Assembly (NCBI GenBank): GCA_018971365.1
Contig: JAGXAZ010000001.1
Coordinates: 1 to 43,862, forward strand
DNA from: Gammaproteobacteria bacterium
GTDB lineage: Bacteria > Pseudomonadota > Gammaproteobacteria > Natronospirales > REEB76
DNA length: 43,862 nt
Reading direction: 5' to 3'
This document shows positions 10,503 through 20,649 of the stretch, piece by piece (the stretch's first letter is position 1; each line of letters starts with the position of its first letter). Under the pieces are notes generated by a model. That model was not told the origin of the DNA. It searched no databases and saw nothing but the letters and a program-made list of their open reading frames with translations. Both the position numbers and the translations under genes were made by a program.

Positions 10503-11675
10503 TCAACCCAGCACCTTTTCGCGCCGGTACAGCCACACGGCGAGCCAGGCGAGCAGCACACCGAAGATCAACGTGCTCAACACCGAAATGGCCGTAAATC
10601 CGGCGCCGAGCGCCATACCTTTCATGAGTGCCGTTGCCAGCACATCCTGGCTCAGGGCCGGAACGAACATCATCCAGATGGTAGGTTCGGTCGGGAACAG
10701 GAACAGTGCAAACACCGGAATCATCGGCAGGATGAAGATGAACGACAACCAGGTCTGGGCTTCCTTGTAACTGCGCGTGAACGAAGCCACCACCGTGAGC
10801 AAGGCCGCGATCAGCAGGCAGAACGGCAGCATCACGAGGAAGATGGCCAACGCGGTGTGGCCGCCGAAGTTCACCACGATGTTGAGTTTGGCCGCGGGGA
10901 TCAGTCCCTGGCTCCAGGACAGGGCCACGACGTCCAGACCCAGCGACACGGCGGAGAACAGCGTGACCGCGGCCAGCTTGCCGGAAATGAGCGTGCTGCG
11001 CGCCACCGCGGTGGTAAGCAACGGCTCGAGCGAGCCGCGTTCGCGCTCGCCGGCGGTAGCGTCAATCGCCAGATAAAAGGCGCCGATGACAGCGGCAAAC
11101 AGGAAGAAGTAGGGGATGAAGGCCAGCAGCATGCCGGCGCGCGCTTCCGGCGTGGACACATCCACGGTCTCGACCGCGAGCGGCGTGGTCGCGCGCGGAT
11201 CCACGCCGCGCGCCAGCAGGCGCAATGCCGTAATTTCACGTTCGTACGCTTCGAGCAGATCGCGCGCGCGGCTGACGTTTTTCTGCGCCGATTGTTTCGC
11301 CTGATCCATCACCAATTGCAGCGTCGCCGGCCGGCCGGCGTCGAACGCGGCGCCGTAGTCCTTGGGAATCACCAGCACGACGTCGGCCTTGCCGTCCTTC
11401 ACCGCCTGGCGCGGATCCGCCGGTGCGGGTTCGATCTGGGTATTGTGTTGCCGCAGGTATCCGATCAGGTGCGGAGCGTATTCGGCGCCGGCCACCGGCA
11501 GTTTGAGCGGCCGATTGAAGTTCGCGATCTGCTGATTCACGGCGACGTTCATGATGGCCACATAGAAGATCGGCCCGAACAGCGGCCCGAACACCAGCAC
11601 CGTTAAAAGCGTGCGCCGGTCGCGCAGGTTGTCCACGACTTCCTTGCGGAACACGGTCCAGAGTTTGCGCATCAT
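10503..11675 (-). CDS. natB: ABC-2 type exporter permease (NatB-like)
   Basis: 390 aa with an N-terminal TM segment, a large loop and then five TM segments. The start MMRKLWTVFRKEVVDNLRDRRTLL is typical of the NatB/ABC2_membrane_3 family. Its start overlaps the upstream ATPase stop (ATGA). Confidence 0.75.
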   Translation of the reverse strand: MMRKLWTVFRKEVVDNLRDRRTLLTVLVFGPLFGPIFYVAIMNVAVNQQIANFNRPLKLPVAGAEYAPHLIGYLRQHNTQIEPAPADPRQAVKDGKADVVLVIPKDYGAAFDAGRPATLQLVMDQAKQSAQKNVSRARDLLEAYEREITALRLLARGVDPRATTPLAVETVDVSTPEARAGMLLAFIPYFFLFAAVIGAFYLAIDATAGERERGSLEPLLTTAVARSTLISGKLAAVTLFSAVSLGLDVVALSWSQGLIPAAKLNIVVNFGGHTALAIFLVMLPFCLLIAALLTVVASFTRSYKEAQTWLSFIFILPMIPVFALFLFPTEPTIWMMFVPALSQDVLATALMKGMALGAGFTAISVLSTLIFGVLLAWLAVWLYRREKVLG

Positions 11676-12403
11676 GCGGAGGCTCCGCTTTCGTCCACGG
11701 CTTTGACGAAGGCTTCTTCGAGATCCGTTTCACCGGTCTGGCGGCGAATGTCCTCGGGCGTGCCCTGGGCCACAATGCGGCCGTGCGCGATGATCACGAT
11801 GGCATCGCACAACTGCGCGACTTCCTGCATCACGTGGCTGGAGAACAGCACGCAGTGGCCCTGGTCGCGCAGCCGCCGGATGGTGGCGCGCAGCGCGCGC
11901 GTGGCCATCACGTCCAAGCCGTTGGTGGGCTCATCCAGCGCCAGGTTCCGGGGTTTGTGCACCAGGGCGCGCGCCAGCGCCACCTTGATGCGCTGTCCTT
12001 GGGAAATGCCCTTGGCTGGACGGTCGGCGAACTCCCGCATTTCGAGGAGTTCCGCCAGCTCGTCAATGCGTGCGTTTAGCGCCTGGCCGCCGAGGCCGTT
12101 GAGTTCGCCGTAGTAGCGGATGTTCTCGCGTGCTGTGAGCCGCGGATACAGACCGCTCGCGTGCGGCAGCACGCCGAGCTTGAGACGTGCGGCCAGCGGG
12201 TCCGCGCGTACGTCGCTGCCGTCCACCCGTACCGTCCCCTGGTCCGGCTTGAGCACGGTGGAGAGAATGCGCAGCGTGGTGGACTTGCCGGCGCCGTTCG
12301 GGCCGAGCAGGCCGGTGATCCGGCCGTCGGCCACGCGGAAGCTCACGCCGTTCACGGCCTGCACCTTGCCGAAGCGCTTGTGGATGTTCTCGACTTCGAT
12401 CAT
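11672..12403 (-). CDS. natA: ABC transporter ATP-binding protein (NatA-like)
   Basis: The 243 aa from [14 protein letters not shown] include Walker A GPNGAGKST, signature ISQGQRIK and Walker B LALDEPT. ATG 12403 overlaps the TGA of the upstream hydrolase gene. Confidence 0.88.
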   Translation of the reverse strand: MIEVENIHKRFGKVQAVNGVSFRVADGRITGLLGPNGAGKSTTLRILSTVLKPDQGTVRVDGSDVRADPLAARLKLGVLPHASGLYPRLTARENIRYYGELNGLGGQALNARIDELAELLEMREFADRPAKGISQGQRIKVALARALVHKPRNLALDEPTNGLDVMATRALRATIRRLRDQGHCVLFSSHVMQEVAQLCDAIVIIAHGRIVAQGTPEDIRRQTGETDLEEAFVKAVDESGASA

Positions 12404-13881
12404 GGCCCGGGCCCGGTGAAGCGGGTGAAAAAAGGGAAGGGCTTGATCTTCTGCACGCAGGCGGCGTCCAGATTTTTCACCGACGCCTGTTGGACGAATT
12501 CGGTCATGAGCTGCGGTACGCAGCCACGCCAGGCGTTGCCGTGTCCCTGCCCCGGGACCACCAGCGACAGGCTGTTGTGCAGCGTCTGGGCCACGTGGGC
12601 GGCGTTCGCGGGCGGGGTGATGGGATCGTCGGCGCCGGAAAGCAGCAGCACCGGCTTGTCCGATATCACGGGTTTCTTGAAGTCCGGCTCCATTACCCCG
12701 CGCGGCCAGTGCGCGCAGCTTGCGCTGAGCAGGGTGAGCGGCGCGGCGCCGAGATAGGTATCGGCCGCGGCCGTTTGTACGGCCCGCGCCGCCGGATAGA
12801 ACGGCACGTCTTCGGTGCAAAGCACCGCGGCGTGCATGCCCAAGGCCACGGCGTCGCTCAGCTGTCCGCTCAGGTACTGGGCGTTGGCGAGCAGCGGCGC
12901 GTAATCGTGGGCGACACCGGCCTGATGAATCAGCAGCGGCAAGAGCGCAGCGGTGTCGCTCAGATAGCTCAGCAGCTGCACAGCGCCGGCCGCGGTTTCC
13001 CAGGTGAGCGTCTGGGTGAGCGGCACACCGGTCAACGGGTCGCGCAGACTCACGCTCACCGGACTCTGCTTGAGCGTGTGCTCAAGACGCGCGAACGTTT
13101 CAGGCAGGTCGGGAAACGCCTGATGGCAGGCGCTCTCGTCCGCGCAACGTTGAAAGATTTTGTCCAGGGCCTGCTGCGCAGCCTGCGGCGCGGTTTCCCC
13201 GACGTTCCAGTCGGGCGGCACCACGCCGTCCAGAATTACGCTGCGTACGTGCTGCGGATACTCGCGCAGATATTCCAGCGCCACGCGTGTGCCGTAGGAA
13301 ATGCCGTAGAGATTGATCTCGACATAACCGAGCGCGGCACGCACGGTGTCCAGATCCGTTACCGCAACCGTGGTCGTGTAGAAACGCGGATCGCCCGGCA
13401 ACTGTTTAAGGCAGGCTTCGGTCTGCTGCCGAACTTCCGCCGGCGTAGGTAGCGCCACGGTATTCGGGCCGGACGGGCAGTCGAGCGGATTGGACTGGCC
13501 GGTGCCGCGCTGGTCCACGAGCACGATGGCACGGCTCGCGCGGATGCGCTCGAAGGCCGCGGCTTCTTGCACGTAGGCCTGAGTCGAAGCCTCGCCCGGC
13601 CCGCCGGCTATGAAGAACAGCGGGTCCGGCGCCGGTTCGCGGGTGCGCGCCTTGAGCACGGCGATGTGCAGGTGGATTTGTTTGCCGGCGGGCTGGGCCC
13701 GGTCTTCGGGTACCGTGAGCGTCGTGCATTGCGCCTGCATGTGCAGTGCGGTGTCCGGCATGCCGATCTGGCAGGGCGTGAAGCTTGGATGGGCTGCGGC
13801 CCGCGCCGCGCTGATCCAGGCCAGCGCGGTAATGACCATGAGCCAGAGAGCGAGCACGCGCACAAACTTCAGCTTGTTCAT
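12400..13881 (-). CDS. Secreted alpha/beta hydrolase (TAP-like, tripeptidyl-aminopeptidase type)
   Basis: Signal peptide [28 protein letters not shown], a [13 protein letters not shown] oxyanion region, the nucleophile motif GISYGT, and a C-terminal [12 protein letters not shown]...GQGH block. Confidence 0.75.
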   Translation of the reverse strand: MNKLKFVRVLALWLMVITALAWISAARAAAHPSFTPCQIGMPDTALHMQAQCTTLTVPEDRAQPAGKQIHLHIAVLKARTREPAPDPLFFIAGGPGEASTQAYVQEAAAFERIRASRAIVLVDQRGTGQSNPLDCPSGPNTVALPTPAEVRQQTEACLKQLPGDPRFYTTTVAVTDLDTVRAALGYVEINLYGISYGTRVALEYLREYPQHVRSVILDGVVPPDWNVGETAPQAAQQALDKIFQRCADESACHQAFPDLPETFARLEHTLKQSPVSVSLRDPLTGVPLTQTLTWETAAGAVQLLSYLSDTAALLPLLIHQAGVAHDYAPLLANAQYLSGQLSDAVALGMHAAVLCTEDVPFYPAARAVQTAAADTYLGAAPLTLLSASCAHWPRGVMEPDFKKPVISDKPVLLLSGADDPITPPANAAHVAQTLHNSLSLVVPGQGHGNAWRGCVPQLMTEFVQQASVKNLDAACVQKIKPFPFFTRFTGPGP

Positions 13882-14036
13882 TGTGGTTTTGGGCCCGCGA
13901 TGTCAGCCGGCATCATCTGCAAAGGGAAGAAATATTTCCAGCGGTGGTTCTGCGGGTACCGTGGTCGGCCGATTATGCATGTTTGGTTAACGCGCATGAA
14001 AACGCTAGAATTCGCGCTCTTTCGCGAGGCTGGCCT

Positions 14037-15929
14037 GTGGATTTTCCCAAGCAATTCGACGTGATCGTGGTGGGGGGCGGCCATGCCGGCACCGAGGCCG
14101 CGCTTGCGGCCGCGCGCATGGGCTGCGCGACGCTCCTGCTCACCCACAACGTCGAGACGCTTGGCCAGATGAGCTGCAATCCGGCCATCGGCGGCATCGG
14201 CAAGGGGCATCTCGCCAAGGAAATTGATGCGCTCGGCGGCGCCATGGCGCGTGCCACCGACCGGGCCGGCATCCAATTCAGGATTCTGAATGCCAGCAAG
14301 GGTCCGGCGGTGCGCGCCACGCGCGCGCAGGCGGATCGAGTCCTGTACAAGCAGGCCATCCGCAGCTTCATCGAGAATCAACCGAATCTGGTCTTGTTCC
14401 AGCAGGCCTGTGACGACCTGATCATGCAGGGTGAACGCGTCGCGGGCGTGGTCACGCAGATGGGCCTGCGCTTCTTCGCGCCCACCGTGGTGCTGACCGT
14501 CGGCACGTTTTTGGGCGGCCGCATCCATGTCGGACTTTCCAACTACGAGGGCGGCCGCGCCGGCGATCCGCCCGCGAACCGCCTTGCCAAGCGCCTGCGC
14601 GAGCTGCCGTTCCGGGTCGGACGGCTCAAGACCGGAACGCCGCCGCGCCTTGACGGCCGCAGCATCAACTATGACAGCTTGGCCGTGCAGGCGGGCGACG
14701 AACCCACGCCGGTGTTTTCCTTCATGGGCGCGCGCGCGGAACATCCGCGCCAGGTGGTTTGCCACATCACTCATACCAACGCATGCACTCACGAAATTAT
14801 CCGCGCCGGCCTCGACCGCTCGCCCATGTACACTGGCGTCATCGAAGGCGTGGGGCCGCGCTATTGCCCGTCGGTGGAAGACAAGGTGATGCGCTTCGCC
14901 GACAAGGACCGTCACCAGATTTTCATCGAGCCGGAAGGCCTGGACACCCACGAGGTCTATCCTAACGGCATTTCCACCAGTCTGCCGTTCGACGCGCAGT
15001 ACGCGCTGGTGCGCTCCATTGCGGGCTTCGAGCACGCACACCTTACCCGGCCGGGCTACGCCATCGAATACGATTATTTCGATCCGCGCGATCTCAAGTA
15101 CACGCTGGAGACCAAATACTTAAACGGCCTGTTCTTTGCCGGCCAAATCAACGGCACCACGGGATACGAGGAAGCGGCCGCACAAGGCCTGCTGGCGGGC
15201 ATCAACGCGGCGCTGCAGGTACAGCAGAAGAATCCCTGGTGGCCGGGACGCGAGCAGGCGTATCTCGGCGTGCTGGTGGACGACCTCATCACGCGCGGCG
15301 CGCCCGAGCCCTACCGCATGTTCACCAGCCGCGCTGAGCACCGCCTGATGCTGCGCGAGGACAATGCCGACCTTCGGCTCACGGAAATTGGCCGCAAGCT
15401 GGGTTTGGTGGACGATGAGCGCTGGGCGGAATTCTCGCAAAAGCGCGAAGCTATTGAACGCGAAACTGTACGCCTGCAAAACATCGTGGTGCGACCCGAC
15501 GATATTTCTGCCAATCAAGCGACTGAACTTCTCGGCACACCGCTCGCGCGTGAAACCCGCGCGCTGGAATTATTGCGTCGGCCGGAAATGAATTATGCGA
15601 AGCTCACTTCACTTGCTTGTGTGGGTGAAGAGGGTGTCGCGCCGGAAGTTGCGGAACAAGTGGAAATCACGGTGCGCTATGCCGGGTACATAGAGCGCCA
15701 GCAGGCGGAAGTCGAACGCGCCCGCCGCCAGGAAGAGACAGCGCTGTCCGCGGATTTCGATTTCAGCACGGTACGAGGGCTGTCCAACGAAGTGCGCCAG
15801 AAACTCAGCCAAGTCCGGCCGCAGACCATCGGTCAGGCGGCGCGCATCCCCGGCGTCACCCCGGCGGCGATCTCGATTCTGCTGGTGCATCTGAAAAAGC
15901 GCGGTCTGAAGCTGCGCAAGAGCGCCTGA
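14037..15929 (+). CDS. mnmG: tRNA uridine 5-carboxymethylaminomethyl modification enzyme MnmG (GidA)
   Basis: [32 protein letters not shown]-binding N-terminus, with MnmG-like sequence along the full length. GTG 14037 is chosen because the tracked ORF start at 13881 adds 52 non-homologous residues. Confidence 0.93.
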   Translation: MDFPKQFDVIVVGGGHAGTEAALAAARMGCATLLLTHNVETLGQMSCNPAIGGIGKGHLAKEIDALGGAMARATDRAGIQFRILNASKGPAVRATRAQADRVLYKQAIRSFIENQPNLVLFQQACDDLIMQGERVAGVVTQMGLRFFAPTVVLTVGTFLGGRIHVGLSNYEGGRAGDPPANRLAKRLRELPFRVGRLKTGTPPRLDGRSINYDSLAVQAGDEPTPVFSFMGARAEHPRQVVCHITHTNACTHEIIRAGLDRSPMYTGVIEGVGPRYCPSVEDKVMRFADKDRHQIFIEPEGLDTHEVYPNGISTSLPFDAQYALVRSIAGFEHAHLTRPGYAIEYDYFDPRDLKYTLETKYLNGLFFAGQINGTTGYEEAAAQGLLAGINAALQVQQKNPWWPGREQAYLGVLVDDLITRGAPEPYRMFTSRAEHRLMLREDNADLRLTEIGRKLGLVDDERWAEFSQKREAIERETVRLQNIVVRPDDISANQATELLGTPLARETRALELLRRPEMNYAKLTSLACVGEEGVAPEVAEQVEITVRYAGYIERQQAEVERARRQEETALSADFDFSTVRGLSNEVRQKLSQVRPQTIGQAARIPGVTPAAISILLVHLKKRGLKLRKSA

Positions 15930-15953
15930 ACGGCGATCCGGAATCCGCACAAT

Positions 15954-16439
15954 ATGAAATTTATTGATCGTGCGCTGGTGGCGCAACTGCACGCCAAAGC
16001 CCTCGCCTCGCCGCGTTTGCGCACGCATCACAATCTGCACGCCACGCACACCGAGCCCATCCATCGCATGTGCATGGCGATGGAGCCGGACACCTACATC
16101 CGACCGCACCGGCATCCGGACAAATGGGAGCTGCTGCTGATCGTGTGCGGCGAAATGCTGGTGCTGACCTTCGATGACGCAGGCAAAGTGTTGACGCGCA
16201 CGCTGCTCTCGGCCGGCGGGCAAACCTACGGCGTGGAAAGTCCCGCCGGCACTTGGCACGCGGTGGCGACGCTCGCGCCATCCACGGTGGTGTTCGAATG
16301 CAAGGCCGGACCCTATGTGCCGACAGCGGAGAAGGATTTTGCCCCTTGGGCACCGCCGGAAGCGCATGCGCACGCAGCGGATTTCGAGCGCTGGTACAAG
16401 ACCGCGCAACCCGGCGACCGGCCGCCGGCTTTCCCCTAA
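15954..16439 (+). CDS. WbuC-family cupin fold metalloprotein
   Basis: The 161-aa sequence MKFIDRALVAQLHAKALASPRLRTHHNLH...IHRMCMAMEPDTYIRPHRHPDKWELL matches the WbuC cupin pattern. Confidence 0.7.
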   Translation: MKFIDRALVAQLHAKALASPRLRTHHNLHATHTEPIHRMCMAMEPDTYIRPHRHPDKWELLLIVCGEMLVLTFDDAGKVLTRTLLSAGGQTYGVESPAGTWHAVATLAPSTVVFECKAGPYVPTAEKDFAPWAPPEAHAHAADFERWYKTAQPGDRPPAFP

Positions 16440-17023
16440 TGCCGATCCCCGACAAACGTCGCCGCTGTCCCTGGCCGGGAATGGCAAACGATCCGCTGTA
16501 CCGCGCCTACCACGACCGCGAGTGGGGTGTGCCGGTTCACGACGAGCAACGCTGGTTCGAGTTCCTGATTCTGGAAGGCGCACAGGCGGGATTGAGCTGG
16601 GCCACGATCCTGCACAAGCGCGGTAATTACCGCAAAGCCTTCGCCGGATTTGACCCGAAAAAAGTTGCGCGTTTTGGTGTACGCGATGTGGCGCGCCTGC
16701 TCGGGAATCCCGGCATCGTGCGCAATCGCCTGAAGATCCAGGCCGCCATCACCAATGCGCGCGCGTTTCTGGCGGTACAAAAGCAATTCGGCAGTTTTGA
16801 TAATTACATCTGGCGGTTTGTGAACGGCAAAACGCTGCGCAACCGCCGGCGCCAGCGCGGACAGGTACCGGCGCGCACCCGGATCTCCGACGCCATGAGC
16901 CGGGACCTGAAAAAACTCGGGTTTAAGTTCGTCGGCAACACCATCTGTTACGCCTTCATGCAAGCCACCGGCCTAGTGGACGACCACCTGACGAGCTGCT
17001 TCCGCCACGGCAAGCACCGTTGA
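16439..17023 (+). CDS. tag: DNA-3-methyladenine glycosylase I
   Basis: RCPWPGMANDPLYRAYHDREWGVPVHDEQRWFEFLILEGAQAGLSWATIL is the Tag signature. The ATG overlaps the wbuC-like stop (TAATG). Confidence 0.9.
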   Translation: MPIPDKRRRCPWPGMANDPLYRAYHDREWGVPVHDEQRWFEFLILEGAQAGLSWATILHKRGNYRKAFAGFDPKKVARFGVRDVARLLGNPGIVRNRLKIQAAITNARAFLAVQKQFGSFDNYIWRFVNGKTLRNRRRQRGQVPARTRISDAMSRDLKKLGFKFVGNTICYAFMQATGLVDDHLTSCFRHGKHR

Positions 17024-17090
17024 GCGCGGCGTGCTGGCGGCTCACGTTATAATTTCCGCCCCCTTCAAGCGGGCCTGATCCAAACGCGCC

Positions 17091-17930
17091 ATGTCCGCGT
17101 CCCTGATGGTCATCGTCATTCTGCTCGGCAGCATTTTCGCCGGCGGCCTGGGTTCACTGACCGGGCTCGGCGGCGGCATGGTGATCGTGCCCCTGCTGAC
17201 GCTCGGTTTCCATTTGCCGTTGATCGACGCGGTCGGCGTCAGCCTGTTTGCAGTCATCGCGACTTCGGCCGGCGCTGCGCCGCGCTTTGTCGGCACCGGC
17301 ATGAACAACGTGCGCGCTGGTTTGTTTTTGCAGATCGCGGCGTCTTCGGGTGCGCTGCTCGGCGCCTGGGCAGCGCATCTCTTGCCGAGCCGCTGGCTGT
17401 TCGTGATCTTTGGCGTGGTGCTGCTGCAGGCCGCGGCCCTGTCCTTCAAGCCGACCCGCAGCGACCAGGCAGGCGCCTCCGCAAGTTCGCCCTTGGCGCT
17501 GAAGCTCAGGCTCAATAGCAAGTACGAGCAGGCCGGTGAGTGGATTCCCTATCACGTCACCCGCGTGCTCCCGGGTTTCGCGGTGATGGTGGGCGCCGGG
17601 TTCCTGTCCGCGCTCCTCGGCATCGGCTCCGGCGCCTTCAAGGTGCTCGCCATGGACAAGCTCATGAAGATGCCGTTTCGTGTGTCCACGGCCACCTCGA
17701 ATTTCATGATCGGCATGACCGCCGCCACCAGTGCCGGCTTTTATCTCACGCACGGCGACACTTCACCGCTGATCGCCGGCACGGTGATCCTGGGCGTGTT
17801 GACCGGCTCCTACGCGGGCGCGCATTGGGTGGCGGTATTGCCGGTCAAGATTCTGCGCCGGGTGTTCGCGGTGGTGCTGATCCTGGTGGCCCTGCAGATG
17901 CTCTTTAAGGGCGTGGGACTCTCGATATGA
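17091..17930 (+). CDS. TauE/SafE family sulfite/anion exporter
   Basis: 279-aa polytopic membrane protein with repeated G-rich TM segments (GGLGSLTGLGGGMVIVPLL), typical of TauE/SafE. Confidence 0.8.
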   Translation: MSASLMVIVILLGSIFAGGLGSLTGLGGGMVIVPLLTLGFHLPLIDAVGVSLFAVIATSAGAAPRFVGTGMNNVRAGLFLQIAASSGALLGAWAAHLLPSRWLFVIFGVVLLQAAALSFKPTRSDQAGASASSPLALKLRLNSKYEQAGEWIPYHVTRVLPGFAVMVGAGFLSALLGIGSGAFKVLAMDKLMKMPFRVSTATSNFMIGMTAATSAGFYLTHGDTSPLIAGTVILGVLTGSYAGAHWVAVLPVKILRRVFAVVLILVALQMLFKGVGLSI

Positions 17931-18310
17931 GCAACGAAATAAGCAACAAGCTCACTAACGAGCGGCAGTTCCTTACCCGGTTGATCCTGCGCACCAGCAT
18001 CGGCTTGTGCCTGCTACTGATCGTGATCGGTCTCGCGATTTTCTTTGCCCGTGGCGGCACCCATGTGCCGCTCAATCCCAGCGGCAAGTTTTCCGCAATC
18101 GTCGAGCGCACCCTGCACAACGGCGCCGGCCTGCATGCCAGCGCCTTCCTGATCGCCGGCATCGTAGTGCTGTTGCTCACGCCCATCGCGCGCTTGCTGA
18201 GCGGTGTGGTGATGAGTGCGCGTGCGCACGACTGGTTGTACCTGATGATCGGCTTGATTGTGCTGGCATTGCTGATTGCCGGCTTGCTGATTGGTCAGGC
18301 AACAGCCTGA
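17927..18310 (+). CDS. DUF1634 membrane protein (usual partner of TauE)
   Basis: 127 aa with 3-4 TM segments. It has an ATGA overlap with the TauE gene, and this pairing is a conserved arrangement. Confidence 0.65.
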   Translation: MSNEISNKLTNERQFLTRLILRTSIGLCLLLIVIGLAIFFARGGTHVPLNPSGKFSAIVERTLHNGAGLHASAFLIAGIVVLLLTPIARLLSGVVMSARAHDWLYLMIGLIVLALLIAGLLIGQATA

Positions 18311-18331
18311 GTCGGCGGGCGGCTGAAGGCC

Positions 18332-18907
18332 TCAAGAGATCAGATTGGGTTTGTTGCGGTTTTCGGTCTGCACGGGATGGCGGCTTTTGATTAGGACGCT
18401 GACGTAGTAGCAGATGTAATAACCAGCCAACAGAAAATACAGCCCTACCGTCATTGGACTATGCTGGTAAGTGCCAAACGGGGTCACTTGCATCTGCGGA
18501 TTCTGCGCGGCCTGTTGCACCGCCTGACGCATCAATGGATAGACCACGATGAAGCGGTAGATCAAACGGCCGAGAAATAGCGCCACCACGATCATGCCGA
18601 TGTAACCGTTGGGCGTGAAAAAGCGCCCGTCCGCGCTGTTCTCGAAGCGCGTGTGCATGAGTGCCCACAGGCTCAAGGCGATGCCGACCAGCGCGCCGCC
18701 GGTTGCGGCCGCGTCGCTCGTCAGACCGCGGAACGGCGAGGCCAGCGCCAGCACGCACACGATGGCCAGCACCACGATGCGGAAGATCATGCGTTTCGGG
18801 CGCAGTTTTTGGCGGCCAAAGCTGCGGCGGAAGCGCCGGTAGAGAATGAACAATACCGCGGCCGCGATCAGGATGGTGAAACCGATATTGGATGCGGTCG
18901 GATGCAC
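18332..18907 (-). CDS. Hypothetical polytopic inner-membrane protein
   Basis: 191-aa ORF with 5-6 hydrophobic segments and normal GC3 codon bias. I do not recognise a family with confidence. Confidence 0.55.
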   Translation of the reverse strand: MHPTASNIGFTILIAAAVLFILYRRFRRSFGRQKLRPKRMIFRIVVLAIVCVLALASPFRGLTSDAAATGGALVGIALSLWALMHTRFENSADGRFFTPNGYIGMIVVALFLGRLIYRFIVVYPLMRQAVQQAAQNPQMQVTPFGTYQHSPMTVGLYFLLAGYYICYYVSVLIKSRHPVQTENRNKPNLIS

Positions 18908-18950
18908 GGGCGTCCCCTTGAGGCGTGCACTCTAGCACGCGTGCCTGTCT

Positions 18951-19961
18951 TCAGGAATGAACTGGCGCGAGCCGTGCCATGACGAGTTCGGCGAGCGCGC
19001 GGATGTGCGCCGGCCGGTCATTGAGCGCCGGGATGTAGCGCAGCTCGTGGCCCCCGGCGGCGCGGAAGGATTGCGCATAGCGCAAGGCGATTTCCTCGAG
19101 CGTTTCCAGGCAGTCGGCGGCAAAACCCGGACAGGTCACGTCCACGGTTTTGACGCCCTGCGCGGCGAGCTGTTTTAGAGTGTCTTCGGTGTAGGGTTCG
19201 AGCCAGTGTGCGCGGCCGAAGCGCGACTGGAACACGAGTTGCCATTGATCCGCGGCGAGCTGCAAACGCTCGGCCAGATACTGCGCGGTGCGCAGGCAAT
19301 GGGCGCGGTAGGGATCGCCGCGCAGCGACATGTGCACCGGGATGCCGTGAAAGGAAATCAGGAGTTGCTCGCCGCGGCCGTGTGCCTCCCAATATTCGTG
19401 CACGCTGTCCGCGAGCGCCGCGAGGTACCCGGGGTAAGCGTAATAGTCCTGAATGACATCCACCGGCTGATCGCTCAGGCGCGTGAGCGCGGCCAGGGTG
19501 GAGCCGAGCGTAGCGCCCGAATATTGTGGATAGAGCGGCAGCACGATCACGCGCGCAACTCCGGCGCGCCCGAGTTCGCCGAGTGCGTCGGCCAGCGAAG
19601 GCCGGCCGTAGCGCATGCCGAGGGCGAGCGGCACCTCGGAACCCGCACGCGCGGCCAGCTCACGCTTGAGCGCGGCGGCGATCGCCCGACTGTGGACCAG
19701 CAGCGGCGAGCCGGCGTCGGTCCAGATGCGCGCATAGGCAGCGGCGGATTTTGCCGGCCGCGTGCGCAGCACCAGCCCGTGCAAAATAGGCCACCAAGCC
19801 AGGTGCGGCAGATCCACTACGCAGGGATCCGAGAGAAATTCTGCGAGATAGCGCCGCAAGGCTTCGGGCGTCGGCGCATCCGGGGTTCCCAGATTGGCGA
19901 GCAGTACTCCGGTGGCGACGCTATCCGGGGCCGGTGAACGCGCAGGCATGAGCTTGGGCAT
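18951..19961 (-). CDS. hemH: Ferrochelatase
   Basis: GVLLANLGTPDAPTPEALRRYLAEFLSDP...VLPLYPQYSGATLGS...SFHGIP are ferrochelatase signature blocks. Confidence 0.93.
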   Translation of the reverse strand: MPKLMPARSPAPDSVATGVLLANLGTPDAPTPEALRRYLAEFLSDPCVVDLPHLAWWPILHGLVLRTRPAKSAAAYARIWTDAGSPLLVHSRAIAAALKRELAARAGSEVPLALGMRYGRPSLADALGELGRAGVARVIVLPLYPQYSGATLGSTLAALTRLSDQPVDVIQDYYAYPGYLAALADSVHEYWEAHGRGEQLLISFHGIPVHMSLRGDPYRAHCLRTAQYLAERLQLAADQWQLVFQSRFGRAHWLEPYTEDTLKQLAAQGVKTVDVTCPGFAADCLETLEEIALRYAQSFRAAGGHELRYIPALNDRPAHIRALAELVMARLAPVHS

Positions 19962-20128
19962 GCGCTATCTTACGGGGCAGCCACGGCCTTGGGGAACCTG
20001 CAAACGGGCGTGTACCTTAAACCGCGATCAGCCGCGCAGGAACTTGCGCGCGCCGCAAGCGGCGGCGTAGGTTAAGCGGCACAGGCGTCAGGGGTCCGCA
20101 CGCTCAATCAGAACCAGGGAGCACATCC

Positions 20129-20587
20129 ATGTCCATGCTCAAGGATTTCCAGGCCTTTGTGATGCGCGGAAATGTCGTGGACATGGCCGTCGGCATCGTC
20201 ATCGGTGCGGCTTTCGGCGCCATCGTCAAGTCGCTGGTGGACGACGTAGTCATGCCGCCCATCGGTTTGGCGCTCGGCAACGTGGATTTTTCCAACCTGT
20301 TCGTGGTGCTCAAGGAGGGCGCGAAGCAGGCGGGTCCGTACGCGACTATCGTTCAGGCGCATGCGGCCGGTGCAGTGACACTCAACTACGGTCTGTTCAT
20401 CAACACCATTATCACTTTCATCATCATCGCGATCGCCATGTTCATCGTCATCAAGCTTATGGTAGGCATGCAGAACAAGCTGCACAAACCGGCGGCTGCC
20501 GCGCCCACCACCAAGGAATGTCCGCAATGTTTTTCGACCATCAACATCAAGGCCACGCGTTGCCCGAACTGCACCTCGGACATTTGA
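20129..20587 (+). CDS. mscL: Large-conductance mechanosensitive channel MscL with a C-terminal CxxC...CxxC tail
   Basis: MSMLKDFQAFVMRGNVVDMAVGIVIGAAFGAIVKSLVDDVVMPPIG is canonical MscL. The C-terminus is KECPQCFSTINIKATRCPNCTS, and a GGGAG RBS lies upstream. Confidence 0.93.
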   Translation: MSMLKDFQAFVMRGNVVDMAVGIVIGAAFGAIVKSLVDDVVMPPIGLALGNVDFSNLFVVLKEGAKQAGPYATIVQAHAAGAVTLNYGLFINTIITFIIIAIAMFIVIKLMVGMQNKLHKPAAAAPTTKECPQCFSTINIKATRCPNCTSDI

Positions 20588-20649
20588 TTTGAGTCGCTTC
20601 AAGGAACCTGGCGACCCGGTCGGCGACGGGCTTAGCATTTTCCGCCGGG

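Noticed and set aside
12404-12820. 139-codon 5' extension of the natA-like ORF (tracked start 12820)
   Set aside because: The extension overlaps the 3' end of the TAP-like hydrolase gene and is Arg/Ala-rich with no homology. The ABC ATPase fold starts at [11 protein letters not shown] (ATG 12403), which forms an ATGA overlap with the hydrolase stop.
13881-14036. 52-codon 5' extension of mnmG, and the idea of an E. coli-style oriC next to mnmG
   Set aside because: MnmG homology begins at [18 protein letters not shown] (GTG 14037). The spacer has only one weak DnaA-like box (TTATGCATG) and no AT-rich unwinding region, unlike the dnaA-dnaN spacer.
13878-15041. 387-aa minus-strand ORF
   Set aside because: It is antisense to mnmG, whose product is unmistakable, so this is a shadow ORF.
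15609-16583. 324-aa minus-strand ORF spanning the mnmG 3' end, the wbuC-like gene and the tag 5' end
   Set aside because: It overlaps three well-supported plus-strand genes, is Arg-rich and low in complexity, and matches no family.
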